A DNA stretch of 64,000 nucleotides from an uncultured Staphylococcaceae bacterium (GTDB taxonomy: Bacteria > Bacillota_I > Bacilli_A > RFN20 > CAG-826), in assembly GCA_964416025.1 (NCBI GenBank), contig CAYQCJ010000003.1, positions 7,603 to 71,602 on the forward strand, in the 5' to 3' direction. Shown piece by piece: positions 1 through 9,535 of this stretch; position 1 is the first letter of the stretch, and each line of letters starts with the position of its first letter. A program made the position numbers and the translations under genes. Below the pieces are notes generated by a model. It was not told the DNA's origin, did no database searches, and saw only the letters and a list, made by a program, of their open reading frames with translations.

Positions 1-175
1 CTGTTGCACCTTCAACAGCAAGTTGAACGGAAGCACCAACTTCAATTGAACCAGTGTAACCAGTAATAGTTAACTCACCAGTTTGAACTGTATTATCTCC
101 ACAACTTGTAACACCAACTCCAACACCTAAAGCCATTAAACAACATAACGATAAAACAAGACTTCTTTTTTTCAT
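1..175 (-). CDS. lipoprotein, N-terminal fragment (gene runs off the window start)
   Basis: ATG at 175..173 follows an AAGGAG SD. Translation is MKKRSLVLSLCCLMALGVGVGVTSCGDN..., i.e. signal peptide plus lipobox Cys. The frame stays open to position 1. Confidence 0.6.
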   Translation of the reverse strand, partial: MKKRSLVLSLCCLMALGVGVGVTSCGDNTVQTGELTITGYTGSIEVGASVQLAVEGAT

Positions 176-185
176 AATTTTCTCC

Positions 186-1874
186 TTATACTCTATGTTT
201 TTTCTTTATTAAAATAAATACAAAAACTCCAACTGCAATTATTAGCAACCCTCCGCTGAGACTAATGCCTACAATTCCGCCAGTACTTATATTATTTGTA
301 TTATTTTTTCCAATAACTTCAATCTCAATAGAAGTGGAATAATTTGTGCCGCCATCTTCTATTGAAGCAACAATCTTAGCTTTACCAGTTTTTAAAGCTT
401 TAATTTTACCTTCACTTGAAACAGTTAAAACCTCTTCATTAGTGCTTTTATAACTTATCGCACTAGAAGAATCTGTAACATTTACAATACATTTATACTC
501 ATCGTTTATTTTGAGTTGTGTTTTAGGATTATAAAATTCAATAGAAGGAATTGTAGGAGTTGTATCACCTGTATTTTCTCCGCCATCTCCACTACCAGCA
601 TCTTGTTTTTTAACAATATTAACAGTTAATGTTTTCTTATATTTTTGTCCGTTTGATTCAAAAGAAAACTCAATTGTAGTGGTACCGGTTTGTAACCCAG
701 TAATTATTTGAGTTTCTGGATCAAAAGAACAAATTGATTCGTCTGCAATTTTATAAGAAACGGCTCCACTATATCCATTAGTTGAAATATCAATTGTACT
801 TCCGCTATCGACAGGAACTTCAATTGTATCTTTACCTAATTCAATGTTTGGCTCGTTAATTGTTACAACACATGTACCAGAATAAGTCTTACCAACTTCG
901 ACAAAAGAAGCTGTAATTGTTGAATTACCCTTGCTAATCCCCATTATTTTTCCATTTTGATCAATAGTACAAACTGAAGTATTACTACTTGTCCAAGAAA
1001 TAGGAGAAGTCGAATAATATTGCTTAAATGATAGTTGTTTTTGGTCTTCAACATAACAACTTAAATTATCAAGTTTTATTGATGGTAAAAGCGATTTGCT
1101 TCCCCATATTAAATCAGCATATTCAGGATGATCAACAAAAGGATTTCTATTCTTTTGAGCGGAATATACAGTGTTATTTCTATAAATATCTTGATTAGTT
1201 ACTGGATGAGCATTGTGCCAATCTAAACACAAATCAACACTGGTCATATTGTCAGTTATTGGATATTCATATAAAACAGCTGCATACATTGTTACACGAG
1301 CAACTTTTCCTTTAGCTTCATCCGTTGGTTCAAATAAAGAACTAGTTGTAAAATTATCAGTTAATTGACCATAGCAGTCTTTAACTTGAGTTCCGCCACT
1401 TACTTCGCCAAGTCTTTTGTTTCCTCTTGAGCCGTTAACTTTACAATCACTAGCAAAAATAACGTGATTATCGGTGTCACTTTCACCAACCGAACTGTTT
1501 CCAGATTTGGATTGTGGGAAAACATGCTCTCTATTCCATCCGGTAGATCCACTAACATGAGCAGTTTTTTTAAATTTTGCTCTAGAATAAATTGTCATGA
1601 TTGAACTAGAATTGCCTTCGTATTCATCAGCACTCTCGTAACGATTCCAAGCGTATGATCTATTTAAATTCTTCGAAATAATGGTTTGTAATTTATCTTT
1701 TAATTCTTCACCAACCAAGCCTTCGCAACCAGCATAATAATTTCCTTCATTAGAAGTTTGATTGCCACTCCAAGTAAAAGATGGAGTCTCTTTATTAATT
1801 TTTACATTGTTGTTATTGTTGAACCCTAAAAAAGTTGATCCAAGTATAAGCCCGATTAGCAATAATTTTTTCAT
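186..1874 (-). CDS. extracellular nuclease, Endonuclease I / Bsn-like family, with Big_2-like repeats and a C-terminal TM anchor
   Basis: The motifs WNREHVFPQS and DNHVIFASDCKVNGSRGNKRLGE match the Endonuclease_1 (EndA/Bsn) catalytic core as I recall it. It has an N-terminal signal sequence, three Ig-like repeats (e.g. TASFVEVGKTYSGTCVVTI) and a C-terminal hydrophobic helix followed by KKKHRV. Confidence 0.8.
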   Translation of the reverse strand: MKKLLLIGLILGSTFLGFNNNNNVKINKETPSFTWSGNQTSNEGNYYAGCEGLVGEELKDKLQTIISKNLNRSYAWNRYESADEYEGNSSSIMTIYSRAKFKKTAHVSGSTGWNREHVFPQSKSGNSSVGESDTDNHVIFASDCKVNGSRGNKRLGEVSGGTQVKDCYGQLTDNFTTSSLFEPTDEAKGKVARVTMYAAVLYEYPITDNMTSVDLCLDWHNAHPVTNQDIYRNNTVYSAQKNRNPFVDHPEYADLIWGSKSLLPSIKLDNLSCYVEDQKQLSFKQYYSTSPISWTSSNTSVCTIDQNGKIMGISKGNSTITASFVEVGKTYSGTCVVTINEPNIELGKDTIEVPVDSGSTIDISTNGYSGAVSYKIADESICSFDPETQIITGLQTGTTTIEFSFESNGQKYKKTLTVNIVKKQDAGSGDGGENTGDTTPTIPSIEFYNPKTQLKINDEYKCIVNVTDSSSAISYKSTNEEVLTVSSEGKIKALKTGKAKIVASIEDGGTNYSTSIEIEVIGKNNTNNISTGGIVGISLSGGLLIIAVGVFVFILIKKKHRV

Positions 1875-1981
1875 TTCGTTACAATACCGCCTTAATTTAA
1901 GAGTATATCAAATTAGAGTATGGTTTTTAACCACAAAAAACAAAACACATCTTTTTCCAGTTTAAATTGTAAAAATTTTCT

Positions 1982-3445
1982 TTATAAATTCTTAAAATCA
2001 AAAGAAATAGTTTTAAAATAACAGGCATAAGAAGAGACATTACTAATTTCAAAATATGTTGCATCAGACAATGTAAATACACCATCAACACCAACAACTT
2101 CAGTTAAAGAATCTTTACTAGTTCTGGCTTTTACAGTTATTGTTCCATCATATCCTTTATTTTCAACAATTTGATCAAATGTAATTGAACTTAATGCTGG
2201 TAACTCATTTACGTTTTCAAAATGAGATTCTGATTTCTTGCATTGAATTGCACTAACAGTTTTAAAACCTTTTTTAATATTAGTTGTTGAAAAATTCATT
2301 CCATCTTTTTCAAAAATTGCGCCATCAGTTCCATATTCACTACCAGTAGAGATATAAAAATTATCAGGAAGCAAAGTTATATCAGCAGTAATATTATCTA
2401 TAGGAGCCTCTCCGCTCTCGACAGTATAAATATATCCGTCAACACAGAATAAATTGTTATATAAATAAACATCAATAGCAAAAAAATTATCATCACCCAA
2501 AGACTTAGAGAAATAGAATTCATCATCAGTTGAGAGTTCTTCATCCAATATAAAGTCTTCTTGAGTTTTCATAAAATCAGCATATTCAACTACCGAATCA
2601 ATAGTTTCAGTCGATGAAGTATAACTGACTCCATCAATATCATCTGATGTTCCAAATCCTTCTAAATAAAGTGGTTCTAAAATTGAATTATCGATAAAGA
2701 AATAAGGGATATACAAGTCTTTTTGAATATATTTATCCATATAAGCTTTATCTTCGCTTGTCCAATCGGTTGGAAATTCAGCATCAATACCAGCAAAAAT
2801 ACTTAATTTAGCACCATCACTCACGACATACATATAGACGCCATCAGTTGTGTCTTTTAAATTAAAATAAGCAAGACTTTCTGAACTAGAATCTGTGGTA
2901 TAATTCCATAAATTTGTTCCATCAACGATAGTTTTATAATCAGCAATCGATGTGCTAGCGTTTTTAACTTCGCCACTTATTTCGATATAATATTGATTTG
3001 AAACTCTATCAATTCCCTTTTTAGCAACATAAGATTCATACCCAGTAAAATAAGGGATTGTAACTACTTCACCAAAGATATTTTCTATAAGAGTCTTAGT
3101 ATCTTCATTCCAATTATCTGCGGTTTTTATAAATGTTCCCGCGACTTTATTTTCACCTTTAACAAGTAAAAACCCTAGCGAATCCCCACTTAAATCATTA
3201 ATATAAGAAGTTTCGTTAATTGTTAAAGTCTCAATTTCGTATCCAGTATTTGGAGTAATTGTTAGGGTAACTTTATCTCCAACATTACCACTATTTTTAT
3301 CACTAGTTATGGTCCCATTAACCACATTATCAATAGTAACTGTACATTCATCAGTTGGTGTAACTACTTCATTATTCTTACAACCAGTGGTGATAACTCC
3401 AAGTGTGAGTGCTAAAGAAAGCACAAAAAGATGTCTTTTTTTCAT
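1982..3445 (-). CDS. surface lipoprotein with an N-terminal InlB-B-repeat-like domain
   Basis: Signal peptide plus lipobox (LGVITTGCKNN). The segment CTVTIDNVVNGTITSDKNSGNVGDKVTLTITPNTGYEIETLTIN fits the InlB B-repeat pattern. The rest has no recognisable domain. Confidence 0.7.
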   Translation of the reverse strand: MKKRHLFVLSLALTLGVITTGCKNNEVVTPTDECTVTIDNVVNGTITSDKNSGNVGDKVTLTITPNTGYEIETLTINETSYINDLSGDSLGFLLVKGENKVAGTFIKTADNWNEDTKTLIENIFGEVVTIPYFTGYESYVAKKGIDRVSNQYYIEISGEVKNASTSIADYKTIVDGTNLWNYTTDSSSESLAYFNLKDTTDGVYMYVVSDGAKLSIFAGIDAEFPTDWTSEDKAYMDKYIQKDLYIPYFFIDNSILEPLYLEGFGTSDDIDGVSYTSSTETIDSVVEYADFMKTQEDFILDEELSTDDEFYFSKSLGDDNFFAIDVYLYNNLFCVDGYIYTVESGEAPIDNITADITLLPDNFYISTGSEYGTDGAIFEKDGMNFSTTNIKKGFKTVSAIQCKKSESHFENVNELPALSSITFDQIVENKGYDGTITVKARTSKDSLTEVVGVDGVFTLSDATYFEISNVSSYACYFKTISFDFKNL

Positions 3446-3500
3446 TATTATTTACCTCGCAATAGAATTATATATAAATAAACATTAAGTTTGTATAAAT

Positions 3501-3529
3501 AAAAAAACCAACACCGCATCTGATGTTGG
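3501..3529 (-). terminator. rho-independent terminator downstream of tRNA-Lys
   Basis: In minus-strand sense, the hairpin CCAACATCAGATGCGGTGTTGG is followed by T7. Confidence 0.6.
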
Positions 3530-3542
3530 AATTTTCTAATTT

Positions 3543-3618
3543 TGGTGATCCGCCGGAGAATCGAACTCCGGACCCACTGATTAAGAGTCAGTTGCTCTAC
3601 CAGCTGAGCTAGCGGACC
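3543..3618 (-). tRNA. tRNA-Lys (anticodon CTT)
   Basis: Manual cloverleaf: acceptor GGTCCGC/GCGGATC, D arm GCTCAGCTGGTAGAGC, anticodon stem ACTGA/TCAGT with loop CTCTTAA, T arm CGGAG-TTCGATT-CTCCG, and an encoded CCA. Confidence 0.9.
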
Positions 3619-3670
3619 AAATGCGCTTTTATAATATATAATAAATGGCGCATTAAATCAAATATTTTTA

Positions 3671-5338
3671 TTAGAAGTGATTTGGACCGACATAAGCTAA
3701 ATAATCAGTCAAACAATCTTGAGGAGTATAACCTGGATATTCGGTATACATATTTGTTTTTCCATACCCTTCAGCCACATAACTAATAGTCGCTGCGTAA
3801 TAATATCCGCCAACAGAAACTTCACTACCTGAATAGCCATTATATGATTTTTGACGTGATACTTCTGAAGACGTCATCTTCCAAACTGTTAAAGCATTTT
3901 CAAATGGACAAACACTAAATAAATCACGAGCGGTAAAGTCTCCATATGTAATTGAATTTCTAATTCCACCCAAATTATGGAAAGAAATTGACATCTTTTG
4001 TCCACCAAATTTTGAAACATTTTCATTCATATACCATAATAAAGATTCACAAACGATATTTAGTACCTCATCTTTGGAATATGATTGACTAAATTTATAA
4101 ATTACGGCGTCTGGATCGCCTATTAATGAAGAATATTTCGTTAATAAATTTGTAATCTCAGTGTTTTCAACAGTACATGTTGAATAAGCATTAATACTCG
4201 ATTTCTGTGCGACTGCTCCCACAAATTCGTAGCTATCACCACTTTTATTAAAATTAAAATCTATTTTAGCAATGTTTTTTCCATTGCATCCACCTTCAGC
4301 AAAAGGAACATTATTGTAAGTTCCATATTTTACATAGTGATCATGAGCAAAAAACATTGCATCGACATATCGCTTATTTGTAACTGAACTAAGTTCTGTT
4401 AAATCACTAAACTTCGTTGGCTCACTTTCGCTCTTTGCATCATACCCACCATCGTGGCTTGCTAAAACGACCACATCACAACCAAGTTTTCTAAGTGAGT
4501 CACTTTGAATTTTTATAAATTCAAGGGGGTTTGGCCGGTAATATTGATTAGCAATCGACTTTAAGATATCACTTCCAAGGTCTTCAGCAGCGGATCCAAT
4601 TATTCCAAATTTGATGCCTTGTTTTTCAATAATAGTTGAAGGAGCAACAAAATCAACTAAGTGACTATGGTTACTTGCTTTAAATGTATTGCAAGATAAT
4701 AATGGAAAATCCATTAAATTTTTATTGGCTATAATTTTCTCTTCGCCCCAATCAAATTCATGATTTCCTAAAACCATTGCATCAAAACCAGCAATATTCA
4801 TAGCATCAGTCATAATATTGCCACGCGTTTTATTAGATTCGATTCCGCCTTGCCACATATCTCCACAGGAAATAATGACATTGTTCTCACTTAACCCTTT
4901 AAAGTATTCACCAATATATGCCATTCCAGCAAAACCTTGTTCTGCATCACGAGTAAAAGCTCCATGGGTATCGTTGATTGAATAAATTGAAACTGTTTTA
5001 TCACCAGTCTCACTATTGTCGCCTGTACCGATAACTTTGACATTTATTACTGCTTGTTCATAGGACTCCTGAGTAATGAAAATTTCAAAATCCCCTGCAG
5101 AAGTGGCTTTAAATCCTGTTAATTCAGTTGGAAGCACTACTTCATAATCAAGGGTATATTCTTTAGTATCGCTCTCTTGAACCTTCATTCCATCAAGAGA
5201 AATTTTATCTCCAACATTGTATGTTGTTTTGGTTGGTTCTTGAGCAATTATTAATTTTTTATAAACTTGTTCAACTTGGCAAGCAACCAAAAGAAATACA
5301 ATAGGAAAAAAAGATAATGGTAAGAGTTTCTTTTTCAT
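3671..5338 (-). CDS. 5'-nucleotidase / 2',3'-cyclic phosphodiesterase family lipoprotein (UshA-like metallophosphoesterase)
   Basis: Lipobox (FLLVACQVE). Calcineurin-like phosphoesterase motifs INDTHG, GDMWQGG, GNHEFDWG, SHDGG and AHDH, followed by a C-terminal 5'-nucleotidase-like domain. Confidence 0.85.
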   Translation of the reverse strand: MKKKLLPLSFFPIVFLLVACQVEQVYKKLIIAQEPTKTTYNVGDKISLDGMKVQESDTKEYTLDYEVVLPTELTGFKATSAGDFEIFITQESYEQAVINVKVIGTGDNSETGDKTVSIYSINDTHGAFTRDAEQGFAGMAYIGEYFKGLSENNVIISCGDMWQGGIESNKTRGNIMTDAMNIAGFDAMVLGNHEFDWGEEKIIANKNLMDFPLLSCNTFKASNHSHLVDFVAPSTIIEKQGIKFGIIGSAAEDLGSDILKSIANQYYRPNPLEFIKIQSDSLRKLGCDVVVLASHDGGYDAKSESEPTKFSDLTELSSVTNKRYVDAMFFAHDHYVKYGTYNNVPFAEGGCNGKNIAKIDFNFNKSGDSYEFVGAVAQKSSINAYSTCTVENTEITNLLTKYSSLIGDPDAVIYKFSQSYSKDEVLNIVCESLLWYMNENVSKFGGQKMSISFHNLGGIRNSITYGDFTARDLFSVCPFENALTVWKMTSSEVSRQKSYNGYSGSEVSVGGYYYAATISYVAEGYGKTNMYTEYPGYTPQDCLTDYLAYVGPNHF

Positions 5339-5378
5339 AGTCCTATAATATTAGCAACTTTTAATGAAATAAACAAAA

Positions 5379-6674
5379 TTATTTGCTTCCACCAATAAAC
5401 TCAGCAGTTCTCTTATTTTTTGGATGATTAAATAATTGATCAGGAGTTCCTTCTTCAACTACATACCCATCTTCCATAAATAAAACCTTGTTAGCGACAT
5501 TTTTGGCAAAATTCATTTCGTGAGTAACAACAATCATAGTCATTCCTTGATCAGCTAATTTCTTCATAACTTGAAGAACTTCATTGACCATTTCTGGATC
5601 TAAAGCGCTAGTTGGCTCATCAAATAAAATAACGTCTGGATTCATGCACATAGCACGAGCTATAGCGACTCTTTGTTTTTGGCCACCACTGATTTCACTA
5701 ATTCTATAATGCATTCTATCTTGCATACCAACAACTTTTAAAGCTTCAATTGCTTTATCAACAGCGTATTTTTTTGTTTTATGTAAAACTTTAGTTTGAC
5801 CTAAAACACAATTTCCTAAAACATCATAATTGTTGAATAAATTGAAAGATTGAAACACCATTGTAACTTTGGCACGAACTAAATTAATATCGATATTATT
5901 TATTGTTTGTTCTAATTCATCAATTTTTTTCTCAGTTTCAATTCTTGATTCAGAAATTCGAGCCTTAATTTCTTGTTTAAGACTTTCTTTTAAATGATTT
6001 CTTTTGTTAACGATTTCTTGATAATTAACTTTTGTCTTTTCTTCGGCTTCTTTTGATTTAATAGAATTCTCAAGTTCTTTATAAAGTTCATTTAATTTAT
6101 TTAAACCATTACGATAATCTTGCTTCATTTGTTCGGTTGGATGCTTAGTATCTTTAAATGTTTCTTTAAAAACAAAAATCTTATGTTTAAAATCGTCTAA
6201 TTGAGCTTTGTCAGGATTTGTTGTGCGATAAAATTCATTTTTTAAATCTTTTTCATATTGTTTTTGATCAGCATTAAGTTTGTTAATTTGAAAGATAGCC
6301 GAATTATCAATACGATCAAACGATCTATTAATTTCATCAATTTTTTCATCTCTTTCGGCGACTAATTTTTCAATATCCTCGGCCAATCCCTTCTCTTTTC
6401 TTAATTTTTTGATTTTTAAATTATATTCTTTTTTAGTTTTTTTAGCTTCTTCACTACTAGCTTTAGTAGGAATGGATGAAAGATAAAAAATCTCTCCACC
6501 AGTTGGATTTTCAAGTAAATTAATACATCTTAAAAAAGTAGATTTGCCACTTCCGCTAGGACCAATAATTGCGATAACATCTCCCTTATTAACTTCGAGG
6601 GAAATATCTTTTAAAACACTGGTAGTCCCGAAATCTTTTTTAAGATGACGAACCGATAAAATTGGGTTATCCAT
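5379..6674 (-). CDS. amino-acid ABC transporter ATP-binding protein (GlnQ/ArtP-like) with a ~200-aa coiled-coil insert
   Basis: Walker [11 protein letters not shown]-loop MVFQSFNLF, signature [14 protein letters not shown], Walker [13 protein letters not shown]-loop VTHEM. A K/E-rich insert lies between Walker A and the Q-loop. Confidence 0.85.
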   Translation of the reverse strand: MDNPILSVRHLKKDFGTTSVLKDISLEVNKGDVIAIIGPSGSGKSTFLRCINLLENPTGGEIFYLSSIPTKASSEEAKKTKKEYNLKIKKLRKEKGLAEDIEKLVAERDEKIDEINRSFDRIDNSAIFQINKLNADQKQYEKDLKNEFYRTTNPDKAQLDDFKHKIFVFKETFKDTKHPTEQMKQDYRNGLNKLNELYKELENSIKSKEAEEKTKVNYQEIVNKRNHLKESLKQEIKARISESRIETEKKIDELEQTINNIDINLVRAKVTMVFQSFNLFNNYDVLGNCVLGQTKVLHKTKKYAVDKAIEALKVVGMQDRMHYRISEISGGQKQRVAIARAMCMNPDVILFDEPTSALDPEMVNEVLQVMKKLADQGMTMIVVTHEMNFAKNVANKVLFMEDGYVVEEGTPDQLFNHPKNKRTAEFIGGSK

Positions 6675-6676
6675 GA

Positions 6677-7456
6677 TTATTTCTCCTCACTTAACTTATA
6701 GTGTCTAAATGGGTTGATCTTAATTTTCTTGCCATCCATTTTCATTTCGATGAGTTTTAAAATTCCTGTGGATAATAAAGTGAGAATTAAATAAATAACA
6801 GCAATAATTACATATGTTCCAATTTGATTATAGGTTTGGTTACTTATATCTTTAGAAACGTAAAATAATTCGGTGACACCAATAACATTTAAAACACTAG
6901 AATCCTTAATATTAACGATTAATTCATTACCAATTGTTGGTAATGAATTTCTTAAAGCTTGAGGAAGAACAACTCTATTTAAACGAGTAGAAGAACTCAT
7001 TCCAATACTTTTTGCACCTTCTTCTTGGCCTTTTTCAACACCATTTAAACCACTTCTAACAATCTCACACATGTAAGCAGCAGTATTAAACGAAATAACG
7101 ACAAGACCAGCAATAAGCCAGCCATCTAAAACTGGAACATTATATAAAATATTAGTCCAGTTTATACCAATTAAAACACAAGCGGCTTTAAAAATTAAAG
7201 CCTGAACCATCATTGGGGTTCCTCTTAAAACTACGGAATAAATATTGCATATAGCAATAACAAACCTTTTTAAACCCCTTGTTCCTTTGCTATCAGCATC
7301 ATTTAATTTTAAGTTTTTGCCTAACCCTAAAAGAATACCTAACAACAATCCAACAACTGTACCAATGATTGCTAATATAATTGTGGCAGCAACACCTTGG
7401 AGTAATTGGATCCAATAATTAGCAAAGATAAAACCTATTTCCTCAAAGAATTCCAT
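6677..7456 (-). CDS. amino-acid ABC transporter permease (His/Glu/Gln/Arg family)
   Basis: Multi-TM protein with an EAA-like loop ([29 protein letters not shown]). The likely start is ATG 7456 (MEFFEE), 7 nt after a GGGGA SD. The ORF track extends it to TTG 7462. Confidence 0.85.
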   Translation of the reverse strand: MEFFEEIGFIFANYWIQLLQGVAATIILAIIGTVVGLLLGILLGLGKNLKLNDADSKGTRGLKRFVIAICNIYSVVLRGTPMMVQALIFKAACVLIGINWTNILYNVPVLDGWLIAGLVVISFNTAAYMCEIVRSGLNGVEKGQEEGAKSIGMSSSTRLNRVVLPQALRNSLPTIGNELIVNIKDSSVLNVIGVTELFYVSKDISNQTYNQIGTYVIIAVIYLILTLLSTGILKLIEMKMDGKKIKINPFRHYKLSEEK

Positions 7457-7468
7457 CGTCAATCCCCA

Positions 7469-8347
7469 TTATTCTTCACTAGCATTGACACTTCTATCAA
7501 TTGCTGAGGTCATTAATTCTAATCTTTTTGCAGATGTGATTTTTGCTAAAGAAGCATTTAAAGCTTCTTGTAATTCTGTATTTCCTTTTTTAATTCCAAT
7601 TGAAACGCCAAGTTCGGCTTGTTTTTCACCCAAAATATCTTGATCAATATGGACTAAACCTAAAGTTTTTGAATTAGCAGCCACAATTGATTTAGCAACT
7701 GGTAATTCAGCAGTCATTGCAAAAGCACTACCATTCTTAACATCATTTGCAGCGGTACCAAATGTATCGACAGCTGTAGCGTGTTTTGCTCCATAAGAAA
7801 CAAAAACATCACCAATCATTGAATCTGTAACAGTTGCTTGTTGAGATTCGATAATCTTTCCATCAACAAAAGTTTTAAAATCATCTTTACTTACTGGAGT
7901 TGTATCACTATTTCCAGCAGGTACATCAGCTAATTTAGTAACAAAAACTAATTCACTTCTATAATATTCATCAGTAAAATCAATTTGTTTTTCTCTTTCT
8001 AGAGTATCAGTCATACCAGCAATAATACAATTAATTGTTCCGCCAGCAAGATCGACAGTTAAAGAATCCCAAACAGTTTTTCTAATAACAACTTCTTTTC
8101 CTAAATCTTCACTTAATAATTTAGCAACAGCAATATCGTAACCATCGGCATATTGACCGCTCTTTCCATCTACTGGTAAAGTGCTGTCACTTGATTTATA
8201 TTGTGTCCAGTTAAATGGAGCATAATTACATTCCATTCCTATAACTAAACGCGAATTATCAACAGATGAATTACATCCTGTTGAACTAATAGCAACACCA
8301 CACAAAAGTGCTGAAGCTATCACGAAGTTTCTCATTAATTTTTTCAT
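7469..8347 (-). CDS. amino-acid ABC transporter substrate-binding lipoprotein (family 3 SBP); probably lysine, given the upstream L-box
   Basis: Lipobox (ISSTGCNSS), SBP_bac_3-like sequence, first gene after the lysine riboswitch. Confidence 0.8.
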   Translation of the reverse strand: MKKLMRNFVIASALLCGVAISSTGCNSSVDNSRLVIGMECNYAPFNWTQYKSSDSTLPVDGKSGQYADGYDIAVAKLLSEDLGKEVVIRKTVWDSLTVDLAGGTINCIIAGMTDTLEREKQIDFTDEYYRSELVFVTKLADVPAGNSDTTPVSKDDFKTFVDGKIIESQQATVTDSMIGDVFVSYGAKHATAVDTFGTAANDVKNGSAFAMTAELPVAKSIVAANSKTLGLVHIDQDILGEKQAELGVSIGIKKGNTELQEALNASLAKITSAKRLELMTSAIDRSVNASEE

Positions 8348-8371
8348 AATATATTTTCCCCCTTATTAATG

Positions 8372-8400
8372 AAAAAAGATTGCATCCTAACCGATGCAAT
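8372..8400 (-). terminator. riboswitch expression-platform terminator
   Basis: In minus sense, ATTGCATCGGTTAGGATGCAAT is followed by CTTTTTT. It lies between the L-box aptamer and the SD (AAGGGGGA) of the SBP gene. Confidence 0.7.
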
Positions 8401-8432
8401 CATTCATAATTTCATTAAAAATTAAGGATTAA

Positions 8433-8592
8433 CATCGATAGCGCCTCTACATAAAGTAGGAGTCTATAGGAGTGTTTCTCCATAGCCCAATCTCACACGA
8501 TACCTCTAGTGAGTTTCGGCAACTTCGCCTTTCGTTAGTTTCATAGGATGTCTCCTCAACTAATTACTAATCTAAGCTGCGCCTCTATCAAT
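8433..8592 (-). promoter_or_regulatory. lysine riboswitch (L-box) aptamer
   Basis: Minus-sense sequence: GATAGAGGCGCAGCTTAGATTAGTA...CGAAAGGCGAAGTTGCCGAAAC...GGAGAAACACTCC...TGTAGAGGCGCTATCGATG. This parallels the B. subtilis lysC leader as I recall it (GATAGAGGTGCGAACTTCAAGAGTA...GAAAGGGGAGCGTCGCCGAAG...GGCTGTCAAG). P1 can form from TGATAG/CTATCG. Confidence 0.8.
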
Positions 8593-8602
8593 CTTCGTTT
8601 TT

Positions 8603-8630
8603 ATTATAGAGAAAATATATTTTTTGTAAA
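8603..8630 (-). promoter_or_regulatory. sigma-70-type promoter for the L-box/ABC operon
   Basis: Minus sense TTTACA-N16-TATAAT, about 12 nt upstream of the aptamer start. Confidence 0.55.
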
Positions 8631-8683
8631 TAAGAAATTTTTATAAATTTTTAACAAAAATTTTTGAATTAGATTAAAAAACA

Positions 8684-8710
8684 AAATAGTTTGACCAATA
8701 CCATTGCTTT
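8684..8710 (-). repeat. possible degraded copy of the 29-nt operon-end motif
   Basis: Minus-sense AAGCAATGGTATTGGTCAAACTATTTT aligns to AAATAATGGGGATTGGCAAGGGATTTT with about 18 matching positions and 2 one-nt gaps, about 50 nt 3' of the ImmA pseudogene. Confidence 0.25.
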
Positions 8711-8761
8711 AAGCGAGCTAAACAACAAAAAAATTGGAATTTAAATTATTGATTTTATAGC

Positions 8762-9170
8762 TTATAACCTCGTCAAATTAAAGAGTATTTTATTAAATTT
8801 ATACTTCCTATATAAAGCACATTCAATAGTTGTATGGTATTTTTTAGCCAAAAACTTTGCATCAAAATACAACATTTTACATTGAAGAAAATGAAAAAAC
8901 ACGTGACATAAAGTAAAGTTATTTCTGTAATTATTTTCTTCTAATTCTCTCAAAACGCTTTCTTTAATATAAATAAAATTTTCTTTTACATCGTATTCTG
9001 AAGGGGTATCCCCAGGTAGTTGCTTATCACTATCATCAAGAATTTGTATACCAGCCTGTTCATTAACATATAACATTAATAAAACATCATAAATTTGGAA
9101 AAACACCATCTTTAATATGAAAATATTGTCTTACTTTTTGAGAACATGCTTTAATTTCTGTAACAGTAAT
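8762..9170 (-). pseudogene. ImmA/IrrE-family metallopeptidase pseudogene (paralog of 53934..54614)
   Basis: The translation aligns to the intact paralog (NFIYIKESV vs NTIYIKSSQ; NFTLCHVFFHFLQ vs RFTLTHEFAHMFLMQ; ECALYRK vs ECAVYRK). However, HExxH is lost (CHVFFH), there is an in-frame stop near the N-terminus, and about 40-50 aa after the metal site are deleted. Confidence 0.6.
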
Positions 9171-9184
9171 GAATTGGTTTTAAT

Positions 9185-9493
9185 CATCCAAAACCTTCTT
9201 TAATTTTTCTAACAAAAATCAAAGTTAAATCTTTTTAATCGTTGTTCATTTCAGCAAGATTAATAGATAAATTTTGTTTGTTTCGTTTATGCTATCGCTA
9301 AGCATATCAGTTTCTTTGCTATCTAATGCATATAATTTTGAAATTCTCTCGATGTATTCCAGAGGAATAACTTTTTTCCGACCTCCGTCGCGGATAAAAA
9401 GGAAATAGAAATATTTAACTTTTTTGTCATAGTTCTTAAAGACTCTTATTTTTTTCTAATTTTTCTCATCACTTTTCCAAATTTTGACATCAT
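9185..9493 (-). pseudogene. XRE-family HTH regulator pseudogene (paralog of 54629..54997), frameshifted
   Basis: Fragments in three frames read MSKFGKVMRKIRKK* / ESLRTMTKKLNISISFLSATEVGKK / IPLEYIERISKLYALDSKETDMLSDSINETNKI. They align colinearly with IGKYLRHLRVDHDETLKDMAAKLNVSSAYVSSVECGKRAFPDKWIEILNDKYNLNESESIELEKV. Confidence 0.6.
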
Positions 9494-9535
9494 TTTTATG
9501 CCCCGCCATCTAGTATTACTTCAATAATAATTTCT

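Noticed and set aside
161-175. A7 homopolymer tracts at the 5' end of several lipoprotein genes (e.g. 175, 3445) as slipped-strand phase-variation switches
   Set aside because: The tracts simply encode the MKK(K/R) signal-peptide n-region. They are short (7 nt or less) and lie in frame in every gene, and I saw no long poly-A/T or dinucleotide tracts in promoters.
1762-1965. 67-aa plus-strand ORF across the nuclease gene start
   Set aside because: It is antisense to the nuclease signal peptide and promoter region and has no SD.
8348-8640. Leader considered as a T-box or SAM riboswitch
   Set aside because: There is no T-box sequence (AATTAGGGTGGTACCGCG-like) and no specifier/antiterminator layout. 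The conserved blocks fit the L-box instead.
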